Source of the DNA: Chiloscyllium plagiosum
Lineage: Eukaryota
Direction of reading: 5' to 3'
Length of the DNA: 64,000 nt
Assembly (NCBI RefSeq): GCF_004010195.1
Contig: NC_057718.1
Location: 76,057,843 to 76,121,842 of the forward strand
The notes beneath the pieces were generated by a model, which worked only from the letters and a program-made list of their open reading frames with translations, searched no databases and had not been told where the DNA came from. Positions 53,068 to 64,000 of the stretch are shown here, one piece after another. The first letter of the stretch is position 1. The number at the start of each line of letters is the position of its first letter. Position numbers and translations under genes: made by a program.

Positions 53068-53399
53068 TTAGATTAGATTAGATTACTTAGATTAGATTAT
53101 TTACAGTGTGGAAACAGGCCCTTCGGCCCAACAAGTCCACACCGCCCCGCCGAAGCGCAACCCACCCATACCCCCTACATTTATCCTTTACCTAACACTA
53201 CGGGCAATTTACCATGGCCAATTCACCTGACCCTGCACATCTTTGGACTGTGGGAGGAAACCGGAGCACCCGGAGGAAACCCACGCAGACACGGGGAGAA
53301 TGTGCAAACTCCACACAGTCAGTCGCCTGAGGCGGGAATTGAACCCGGGTCTCTGGAGCTGTGAGGCAGCAGTGCTAACCACTGTGCCACTGTGCCGCC
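53068..53399 (-). mobile_element. HE1-type V-SINE (young)
   Basis: Full length, CpGs retained, (attag)n tail. Confidence 0.93.
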
Positions 53400-53857
53400 T
53401 TACTCACCCTCTCACCATAACCCTTAATTCCTTTACTGTTCAAAAAAATTACCTATCTTAGTTTTTAAAACATTCAATGAGAAAGCCTCAACTACTTCAC
53501 TTGGTAGAGAACTCCACAGATTCACAAACCCCAGGGTGAAGAAGTCCCCTCTTAACTCCAGCATCTGCAGTCCTCACTTTCTCCCCTCTTAACTCGGTCC
53601 TACATTTGGTCCCCCTAATTTTAAGACTATGCCCTCTTGTCCTAGTTTCACCCACCAGTGGAAACATCCTCTCAACTTCTATGTTATCTATTCCCTTCAA
53701 AATTTCACATATTTCTATAAGATCCGCCCCTCCCCATCATTTTTCTAAATTCAATGAATATAATCTCAGTCTATTTAGTCTCTCTCTATAAGCCAACCCT
53801 CTCAACTCTGGAAACAACCTAGTGAACCTCCTCTGCATCTGCTCTAGTGTCAGTATA

Positions 53858-54061
53858 GGAGAAAGTGAGGACTGCAGATGCTGGGGATCAGAGCTGAAAC
53901 TGTGTTGCTGGAAAAGCACAGCAGGTCAGGCAGCATCCAAGGAGCAGGAGAATCAACGTTTCCGGATATTTCCTGAAGAAGGGCTCATGCCCGAAACATC
54001 AATTCTCCTGCTCCTTGGATGCTGCCTGACCTGCTGAGCTTTTCCAGCAACACATTTTCAG
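53858..54061 (-). mobile_element. Short palindromic Penelope-derived element
   Basis: Motif ctgaagaagggctcatgcccgaaacatc at 53973-54000; 14-bp TSD ctagtgtcagtata at 53844-53857 and 54062-54075. Confidence 0.87.
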
Positions 54062-55834
54062 CTAGTGTCAGTATATCCTTTCTCAAGTAAGGAGACCAAA
54101 GATACATGTAATACTCCAGGTGTGGCCTCACCAGCACCCTATACAGCTGCAACATAAGCTTTTAAATTCAATCCCTTTAGCAATGAAGGACAAAATCGCA
54201 TTTGCTTTCTTAATTACCTGTTCCACCTGCAGACCAACCTTCTGTGATTCATACACAAGAACACCAAGGTCCCTCTGCACAACAACATGCTGCAATGTTT
54301 TACCTTTCAAATAATAGTCATTTTTACTGTTATTCCTATCAAAATGGATGACTCCGCATTTATTAATGTTGTATTCCATCTGCAAGACCTTTTGACCACT
54401 CACTTCAACTATTTATGTCCCTCTGCAAAGTTTCATAGTCCTCTGCACACTTTGCTCTACCACTCCTCTTAGTAACACCATGCATCTTTATCTAATGCAG
54501 CAACCTTTTGTGCAGCACCTTATCGAATGCCTTTAGGAAATCTAGATGCACCACATCTACTGGGTCCCCATTGTTCACCGTGCTCTTAATGTCTTCATAG
54601 AATTCCAGTAGATTAGTTAAGCATGGCCTGCCTTTCATGAACCCATGCTGCATCTGCCCAATGGGACAATTTCTACCTAGATGTCTTGCTATTTCTTCCT
54701 TGATAATAGATTCAAACATTTTCCCCACAGCAGAAGTTAAGAAAACTGACCTATAATTCTTTCTTCTTTCTTTTGTTGTATTTTTACTACAGTGAATGAA
54801 TAAAGTCGGTTTTGCTTCAAGACTGGTAGTTTGACCAATCGAATTGCATCTGGAACACAACATCTGGCACTTGAAATAAGAAAACTTTAGGGGCTAGGCT
54901 ATTTTCTTAATATATTTGGAGGGAGTTTGGTCTGGTCCATAACACTGGGAATGATGCACCATGCACTGCGTCTGACAACAATTCATTAGTACATGTAGCC
55001 AAACCTGAACATCCTCCAGAATTGTGCACATAAATGCAAGTAACATTTGCAGCATACTGGTGCCAGGCAATGGCCATTTCAATGAAATAAATCTAATTCA
55101 TCTCCACATGATTTATAATTTTAATAGTACAGTGTTCCCTCTCATCAATATTCTGCAAGTATCACTGACCTAAACTCAACTGGACCAATGGGTAAATGCT
55201 GTGGCTGCAAGAACTACAGTATTCAGAGGTTGGGCATTATCCAACAAGAGGTTCATCTCCTGACTCTTCAAAACAGTTCTACTACCTGCAAAGAAAAAGT
55301 AAAGAATGAGGTGGAATTGACAAGATGATGACAGTGCAACAATACTCAGGAAACACAATATAGGGCAAAGCATTATCTTTGGCTGGTACATCCATTATTT
55401 AAATATTAACTCAATATACACACACACAGCCCCCCACACACCCATCTCTCTGGGCACCATGGCTCCAATATTATTTACAAGATACACAGCAGCAACTCAC
55501 CATGGCACCTTCCACAGTATCTGCCAATCTCATGAGATTTACCACCTGGAAAGAAAATGCAAGTGCATTTCCAATCATCCTGATTCAGAAACATATTGTT
55601 ATTTCTTCAGTATTGTCTGGAAGAATTCTTGGAACTGCAACACTTACAGCACTGTGTGAGTACCTTCACAACATGGACTGCAACAATTCAAAAAGGCAGC
55701 TTGCCATTTCCATCTCAAAAATAACTAGGAATGAGCAACATATATTGGGTTTTGTCAACAATGCCCACACCCATGAATGTCAATTGGAGTGATGTAATCC
55801 ATCCATAGTATTACCACTACAACTGGTATATTAC

Positions 55835-56212
55835 ATAGAGTCATAGAGATGTACAGCACAGAAACAGACCCTTCAATCCAACTCGTCCATGTCAACCAGA
55901 TATCCTAACCTAATCATGTTCCATTTGCCAGCACTTGGCCCATATCCCTCTTGGCCCTTCCTATTCAAATACCCATCCAGATGCCTTTACAATGCTGTAA
56001 TTGTACCAGTCTCCACCACTTCCTCTGGCAGTTCATTCCATACATGCACCACCCTCTGTGTGAAAAAGTTGCCCCTTTTATAGATCCCTTTTATATCTTT
56101 CGCCTCTTACCCTAAACCTATGCCCTCTAGTTCTGGACTCACCCATCCAGGGAAAAGACATTGTCTATCCTATCCATGCCTCTCATGATTTTATAAACCT
56201 CTGTAAGGTCAT
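55835..56212 (-). mobile_element. CR1 (HER1-like) 3' end
   Basis: Closely similar to 26110-26480. Confidence 0.88.
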
Positions 56213-56418
56213 CTTAAAACACTTGAAATGTGATAATCCTCATGTCGAGTAATCCCTGTAATTTCTTCAATGACCAAAATTAATCTAGAGTATGTGTTGA
56301 AACATTAACTCAGCTTCTCTCCACAGATGCTGCCAGACTTGCTGACCTTTTGCAGCAATTTCTGTTCTTGTTTCTGATTTACAGCATCCACAGTTCTTTC
56401 AGAATTTATTTAGCAATA

Positions 56419-56965
56419 CATTAGATTCTGGAACACTGTCACAAGGAATGGTTCATTACACTTTCCAACTCTGTCATAGGGAACAGCACATTACTTTCTG
56501 TAACACTTCCACTGAATGCCTATTACTGAACAATATGTTAAATGTTTAACACTGTCATTAAGACAGTGTCTTACATTCTGTAAGATTATAACTGGGAATG
56601 ACAATGCTGAGACCAATCGTGTGTTATAACACTTGAACCAATACATTGTATTTGTAACTGTCACAAGAAATAGTATTTAGGTTTAGTGACATCATCAAAA
56701 GGAACAGTGCATTGCATTTGTAATGTCTGGAGTACACATTCAAAAAAGCAAGCAGCAGTATAATTCTATCTGTAGTAGTGCCTTTGGGAGTGATGGGTTA
56801 CATTCTGTCGCACTGCTATTGTCCAGCACAAAGGGTATTACGGATTACATTTGATAGCATATAAGTTAGCACACTCTGTTCTGGGATGGCACATCAGATT
56901 TTATAACACTGTCACTGCCTGTCATTCAGATTGATGTATAACATTTGTAACACTCTGCTGCTTGG
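56419..56965. repeat. Degenerate ~35-bp tandem repeat
   Basis: Successive units cattagattctggaacactgtcacaaggaatggtt / cattacactttccaactctgtcatagggaacagca / cattactttctgtaacacttccac... Confidence 0.6.
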
Positions 56966-57649
56966 TATGCCACAAAAGATCTATCATTGGCCATTCATCT
57001 TCCTCATCTAAGTGGAGCCTCACTGTAGATTCACCTGAAGGTATAGGTTTATCATACACATTTATGCAACGACAATGTGCTCCATATCACTAAATATCTC
57101 ACCAATCTTATACTGCCTCTGAGTAATTAGATTCTTATCTGTGTTAGTTGTATATTTTATTTAAACACTGCAAAAACTAGATATGAAATTTAAGCTTTTT
57201 GTTTACTGCTCAGCAGAAACTGCTCAGACTGAAAAAAAGAAAACTAACTTAGAAGGAAACAACAAAAACAACAGCACCATTACTCTCGCCATGGTGGATG
57301 AAAGCCTGCTATTTGACATAAGTGATTTGTCACAAGGAACCTGTTGGTGAGTTCCTGTGTTTTCCATGCTTGACGCAACGGAGTCTCTTGGTAGGTCTCA
57401 CTCAGGAAGGTTGCTTCATATGTTAAGTGGGAAGTAGATGAATTGAGAGGAGAGTAAAAACAAATGGATTTTTATCAGGTTCACAAACCATAACTAGTGG
57501 CATGCCACAGGTGTCAGTCCTGTAGCCTCAACTACCGTCTATTAACAATTGATATTAATGTATTGAATGCAGACACCAAATTTATGGTAGCTAAATTTGC
57601 CAATGGCACGAGATGAGAAAGAAAGTAGGTCATCAAGAAGAACCCCAGG

Positions 57650-58660
57650 AGATGGGAGGGATACTAAATTAATATTTCATGTCAGTTTTCACTGTGGAGA
57701 AAGAAATGAAGTCCAGAGAATTCAGAGAAATAAACTTTGATGTTTTACAAACAGTTTTGTAACCGTTTCTACCCTACTATAGTTAGAATACTAAATGGAC
57801 TCACTAACTCTTAACATTTGCCTGTACCTGTGTTTTTGTTTTTGCCGCTGTTTACCTATTACTTACTTATCTAGTGATCTGCCTGTATTGCTCGCAAGAC
57901 AAAGCTTTTCACTGTGCCTCGGTACACTTGACAATAAAATCCAATTCAATTCAATTCAATTCCATTCACATTACAGATCAGGAAGTTTGGCGGTCTTAGA
58001 GAATATAAAGTTGGGTAAATCTCCAGGACTTGGTCTAATGTATCTCAGAATGATGTGGAAAATAAGGGAGGAAATTACAAGATCCCATACAGAAATATTA
58101 GCATCATCTATAACTATGGTTGAGGTGCCTGATGACTGGACGGTGTGTATTGTTGTACCTTTCTTTGTTAGACTTCTGAGTCTGACTTCGGTTGTGGGTA
58201 AGTTGTTGGAGGTGATTAGAAAAAATAGGATTCATGGGCATTTAGAGAGGCAAAAAATGATTAGGGATAGTCAACATGGTTTTGTGTGAGGAAAATCATG
58301 TCTCACAAAGTTGACTGAGGTTTTTGAGGAAGTTACCAAAAAGGTTGATGATGATAAACAGTCATTGTTTATTTGGATTTTAGTAGAGCCTTTGATGAAG
58401 TTCTGCAAGGTAGATTAATTAATAAAGTTAGGTCACATGGGATTCAGTGTGAGCTTGCCAATTGGTTACATAAATGGCTTAACGACTGGAGACAGAGAGC
58501 AACGTTGGAGGGTTGCTTTTTGGACTGGAGGCCTGTGATCAGCAGTATTCCAAAGGAATTGGTTCTAGGTTCTCTTTTGTTTGTCATTTATATAAATAAT
58601 GTTGATGAGAATATAGAAGGCACGATTAGTGAATTTCCAGATGACACCAAAATTGATCGT
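57650..58660 (+). mobile_element. CR1 LINE RT fragment
   Basis: KSPG, LSLTSVVGKLLE, SQHGF, DFSRAFD.V, WLNDWRQR, LLFVIYIN, FPDDTK. Confidence 0.88.
57757..57962 (+). mobile_element. Rex1/Babar-type LINE 3' end nested in CR1
   Basis: cttttcactgtgcctcggtacacttgacaataaa plus a (caatt)n tail, similar to the 18300-18350 terminus. Confidence 0.7.
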
Positions 58661-59929
58661 CATGATTTGGATATTTTTCTCTCATAGGGCCATTAATCTT
58701 CTGAATTCTGTTCTCCAAAAAACAATGGTGCTAGGTCATTGAATTTATTCAAAGCTCTATTACATAGGTTTTTGATCAGCAAGAAAATCAATGGTTATGA
58801 AGGGGGAAGTGGGCAACAGGAGACCATGATCAAACTAAACATTACATTATTGAATGCTGGGATGGTCTCGAAGGGTCAAATGACCTTTAGTCCATAATTC
58901 TCTGTTCCAATGAACAGGTTGTCATAGAGTGGTAAGTGATATGCAGCATAGATGTTTTCAATGATTGTACATTAATTATATACAGATAATGGATATTAAC
59001 TGGAAATTCACCTGTATTCCTATAAATAAGAACAGTCCGCTCACTCATCTTGGCCTTGTCAACAAGATTTAAACAAGTGGCCAGCCTTCATCTAAACATG
59101 GACAAAAGAGTTGGCCTCAAGAGGTGAGGTAAAAGTGATTGTCTTTGATATAAATTAAGGCAGAATTTGACTGAACGTGGCATCTAACAGCCTTCACAAA
59201 ACTAAAGTTAATGGAAATCGAGGGTAAAACTCTGCACTGGTCAGGAGGATGGTTTAGGTTGTAGGTCAATCATCTCAGTGTTGGGGCCTGGGTTGTAGGA
59301 GTTCCTTTGATTATGCCCAACCATCTTCAGTTGCTTCAGCAATGACCTCCGGCTGTAATGAGGTAAAAAGCTGGGTCCACACTCCCCACCAAAACTCTCC
59401 TCCACATCTGGCATATTTCCCTGTGGCTGTTGGAGGTGTAACACCTGCGCCCACACCTCCCCCCTCACCTCCTTCCAAGGCCCTAAAGAATAATTCCAAG
59501 ATCACAGAGATTCACCTGTATTTCTCTAACCTGAGTTATTGCATCTGTTGTTCCTGATATGGTCTCCTTTAAGTGGGAGAGACTGAGCATAAACTTGGGG
59601 ACCAGTTCAGGGAACACCTTTGGTCCAGATGCTCAAAACAACCTCACCTTCCGGTTGCCAGCCATTTCAACTCCTCCTCACACAACCCCGATGACATGTC
59701 CATCCTGGACCTCCCCCGCTGTCAAAGTAAGGCCATATTCAAACTGGAGGAAGAACACCTCATCTTCTACCTCAGGAACTTGCAACCATATGGCCTTGAC
59801 ATAAAATTCACCAGCTTCCAAATTTCCCCACACCCACTTCACTCTAGGTCCAGCCCTCCTTCTCCACTCCACCTGCTTTACCTAACCCTACCTGACCATC
59901 TTCCTTCCCACCTATCCTCTCCATGCTTC

Positions 59930-61056
59930 TGTTATGAAAGTGTAGAGGTGTACTGTACCTTTAAGAGAGATGAAGGACTTAGCAAGCACACAGAGTGCTG
60001 GAGAATTTGCAATGTAACATTTGATCCAGCAGCTAGCAGTACATCGGCTGATATGAAACAAAAAAAAATCAAATTTGACCAATCTGTTTAAATCATGCCC
60101 CAAGATACTAAACTCCAATCAAATTTGAATTTGGTATTTTGACAATATTGAGACCAATGAAATGTTCTGATGCTTTGGGGGTATAAGACCGGGAAAGATT
60201 GAACAGCTGGGGGAGAACTGACAAGCCACCCAAACTGACAACATCCCAAAAATGTGTCGCTGGAAAAGGACAGCAGGCCAGGCAGCATCAAAGGAGCAGG
60301 AGAATCGACGTTTCAGGCATAAGCCCTTCTTTAGCCACCAACATCTGCAGACTGCCTGCAGAATAGCTCTCTTAAAGGTACCTTTATCTATCAATGATCT
60401 GTAAAACAGAAAGCCTAAGAAGAAGAAAAGAAGACAGAGGAAGATACAAAGAGAAGATTCGACAGCTGGCTGGTTCTGAAATTTGAATTTTTGGTAAATC
60501 TTAATCAAACTTGTATTGTAGGGGGGAAAGTAAAGGATAAGTTAGAGAAAGGAGTTGTAAACAGTTGTTATTTAATTCATCCTCTGTTATACTTAAAGAA
60601 TAAAGAATAAAGGTGGCACGGTGGCTCAATGGTTAGCACTGCTGCCTCCCAGCGCCAGGGACCCAGGTTCAATTCCCGCCTCGGGCAACTGTCTGTGTGG
60701 AATTTGCACATTCTCCCCATATCTGCGTGGGTTTCCTCCGGGTGCTCCAGTTTCCTCCCACAGTCCAAAGATGTGCAGGTTGGATGAATTGGCTACACTA
60801 AATTGCCTGTAGTGTCGGGTGCATAGTCAGGGGTAAATATAGGAGGGTAGGTTTCTCTTCAGAGGGTCGGTGTGGACTTTGTTGGGTCTGTTTCCACACT
60901 GTAGGTAATCTAAAAAAAACTTAGATTTTTGTACTTAAAATAGTGACTTTGGAGATAGTTCTTTGCCTCTCGAATTTTAACAGATTACAGCTCGGGGTGA
61001 ATCATTTCTGTGTTGCTGGTTTAAAATAGCAGGGGTGTTTACCCTGTGTCGTAACA
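59930..61056. mobile_element. Solo LTR (Gypsy-like)
   Basis: Ends TGTTATGA...TCGTAACA (imperfect inverted termini, TG..CA); 4-bp TSD CTTC at 59926-59929 and 61057-61060. Confidence 0.8.
60612..60920 (+). mobile_element. HE1-type V-SINE inside the LTR
   Basis: tRNA-like head, V-domain, tail. Confidence 0.9.
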
Positions 61057-62307
61057 CTTCTGACTGACCAATCACAGCCACCTCTTACCTGCATCCACCT
61101 ATCACCATTCCACCATTCTTTCCCCCAGCTCCACCTCCCTCTCTCTATTTATTTCACAGCCCCTGAAAGACTCCGACCTGAAATGTCAATTCTCCTGCTC
61201 CACTGATGCTGCTTGACCTGTTGTGCTTATTCCAGCTCTACACTTTATTGACTCTGACTTTCCAGCATCTGCAGTCCTCACCATCTCCAAATTACCGTTA
61301 CTGAATCCCTCACTATCAGCCATAAGACCATAAGATGTAGGCTATTCAGCCCATCAAGTCTGCTCCACCATTTAATCACAGTTAATATATTTCTCAAACC
61401 CATTCTGCTGCCTTCTCCCTACAACCCTTGATCCCTTGACTAATCAAGAACCTGTCTATCTCTGCATAAAGACACTCAATGACTTGGCCTCCACAGCAAT
61501 GAAGAAAAAGGATATGGGCCAAGTGCTGGCAAATGGGACTCAATTGGATTGGGATATCTAGTCGGCATGGACGAGTTGGAGAGAAGGGTCTGTTTCTGTG
61601 CTGAACATCTCTATGACTCTAAATTCCTCCTCACCTCAGTTCTAAAGGATTATCCTTTCATTCTGGCTCTTCAACATCTTGGAAATTGCTATTGACCAAA
61701 AACTGAACTGACCAGCCATACAGTGGCTACAAAAGCAGATTAGTAGCTGAAAATTTTGAGCTGAGTAACTCACCTCCTGACTCTCCAAACTCTCTCTACC
61801 ATCGACAAGGTACAAGGCAGAAGTGTGATGTGTCAGCAATCCAATCAGCCATATCTTTTTCATTGATGAAACTGGCTCAATGGACTGAATGCCTCTGTTT
61901 TTATGATCTTATCAAGAAACTTGATATCATTCAGGTCAAAGCAGCATGCTTGATCAGCACCCTATTTACTGCCTTAAACATTCACTCTCTTACTTAGTAC
62001 ACAACTGTTGCATAAGTATGTTCCATAAACAAACTGAAGTGCAACATCTCACCAACTCTTCTCAGATAGCACCTTCTAAACCTGCAACTTCTATCATCTA
62101 GAAGGACAAAGGCAGCAGATACATTACATCTCCTTCAAGTTCCCTTCCAAGATACACATGGTCCTGATTTCCTCCATGCTAAAATCCCAGAAGTCCCACC
62201 CTAACAGCATTGTCAGTATACCTCCATTACCTCCATCAGATAAGTTGTGGCAGTTAAAAAAAAACGCAGATCACCACCATCTTTCAAGAGCAATTAGGAA
62301 TACACAC

Positions 62308-62638
62308 TAGAATCATAAAAACTGTATACTGTGGAAGCAAGCCATTCTGCCAATCGAGTTCACACCTGACCCTCCTAAGAGCATCCCACCCAGACCCAGC
62401 CTATCCCTGCAACCTCACATTTGCCATGGCTAATCCATCTAGCCTGCACATCCCTGGACATTATTGGCAATTTAGCATGGCCAATCCACCTAACCAGCAC
62501 ATCTTTTGGATTGTGGGAGGAAACACACGCTGACACAGAAAGAATGTGCAAACCCCATACAGACATTGGCCCAAGGCTGGAATCGAACCCAGGTCCCTGG
62601 TAGTATGAGGCACTAGTGTTAGCCACTGTGCCACGCCA
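62308..62638 (-). mobile_element. HE1-type V-SINE (older)
   Basis: Reverse-complement SINE with a partial V-domain. Confidence 0.8.
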
Positions 62639-64000
62639 CTGTTTTTTCCAGGGTAGAATTAAATTGGGGTGGGATGGGGAATGAGGAGATGTTGGAAACC
62701 AAAACTCTGGTTTTGTCTGTGAATCCCATAAAAGAATAAAGATGAGGCTTCACAGTGTCAGATTGGTCAGAACCACATACTGACGGTGCTGCGTTTTGAG
62801 CTGTCCACCATATATAATCGGGAAAACAGAGGTACAAACAAACAAACCGATTTCATATGAAGGGGGTAAATCATAAGATCAGATGACAGAAGCTTAGACT
62901 TTGCTGTCCAAAGAAATGGCATTGTCGAGATAGACTGGCCTACCATTAAAAGCTCATGACTAAGGTGGCAGGGTGCCAATGACTCAGTACTTCAGAACCA
63001 TTCATGGTGAAGTCACCCCATTTCTCAGATAGCCAGATCAGCCCTAGATAGTTAAGAGGGGACATCATATAATGAAAGTTAGAGTAATCGTTCACTTATT
63101 TTTAATTGGTAAAGAGAAATTAGGGAACATCCTTTCACAGCTATAAGCTTAAACGATACAATAATTGCAAACACTATGAAGCTTGATCAAATGATGTGTT
63201 GGTATATTTTGCCTTTTTCACATTGAAGGAAATTACTGAAAGAAGTAGACTATCATAACAAAACTGAAGCCTTTCTTTCATGTCCTTTGCCACTTTAAAG
63301 GAAGTCAGGGAACAAGAGTAATATAAGCTAAACTGAATGAGGTAACAGTGAAGAAACAGCCAGCAAATGTCCATCTGGGCTCATCTATGTTTTAACTGTG
63401 TAGTAATCTAAGCCTCTTCATTGCAATTATTTTGTTGTTATTCTATCTGGTCTTGTAAAACAATACAACAATTTTAATTAGAAGGCCATTTGATAGCTAT
63501 GGTACTCCATACCACAATGCTTTCTGAAGGAAACAAGTATCAATCTGAAGTCATTTGTGAGGGTGTTAACAGGTTATTAGAACATAAGGTAATCACTCAC
63601 AGGTTAAACCTTATTATTTTGTAAATGTAACTATTTTGCATCAGCTACATTTTCAACCCTGGTTTATTCTACCCCTCCTTCTCAACTCTTGAACACAAAA
63701 GATTACGAATAGTATGACTGTTATTCACAGTTCACGTCAGCTTTATTACTCAGTACAAGGCAGGATTTGAGTCGGGGATGATCACACTAACTAGCTGCAC
63801 ACGTGAAGAAAGCAACACAGTCAGTAATTATCAGCTGTCAGCAGCCAAAAAACATGAAAAACACCATACATTTGGTAAAAGCTAGTCTATGTTAGGAATT
63901 GGTATCAAGGGATATGCAGTTAAGGTGGTAAACAAAGTTAAACAAGAGATCATCTACGACCTATTGAATGGCTGCGCAGGTTCAAGTGGTTGATTGGCCT

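Larger units (their letters stand above)
52965..54755 (-). mobile_element. CR1 LINE RT and 3' end with nested SINE and Penelope inserts
   Basis: ORFs QHGFMKGRPCLTNLLEFYE..VDVVHLDFLKAFDKV, MEYNINKCGVIHF, LEQMQRRFTRL, TRGHSLKI. Confidence 0.9.
59350..61290 (+). mobile_element. Penelope-like element 3' part (GIY-YIG), split by a solo LTR
   Basis: GETEHKLGDQFREHL..PVASHFNS.SH...LEEEHLIFYL.NLQPYGL; the 3' terminal repeat resumes at 61061 and ends cagcatctgcagtcctcaccatctcc. Confidence 0.85.

Overview
Eukaryotic, repeat-dense, apparently non-coding DNA from a cartilaginous fish (shark), judged from HE1/V-SINEs and CR1/HER1-type LINE tails. I found no credible host protein-coding exon. All recognisable ORFs are decayed transposon pieces: CR1, Rex1/Babar, Penelope RT/GIY-YIG, a pogo/Tc2 transposase N-terminus and a Gypsy gag knuckle. 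The four >1300-aa ORFs arise from a stop-free 33-bp tandem array. The most notable area is 45.4-50.9 kb. It holds a CpG-rich, promoter-like region with clustered minus-strand splice donors and a perfect 124-bp inverted repeat, made when a Penelope terminal repeat gained an inverted copy of its own flank. A minimal hammerhead ribozyme core sits at the centre of that repeat, and a 119-unit, almost invariant G4-prone minisatellite follows it. The window also contains many short palindromic Penelope-derived inserts with 12-15 bp TSDs and decaying hammerhead motifs, plus a multi-level nested insertion around a solo LTR. Family assignments are by eye and most repeat boundaries are approximate.
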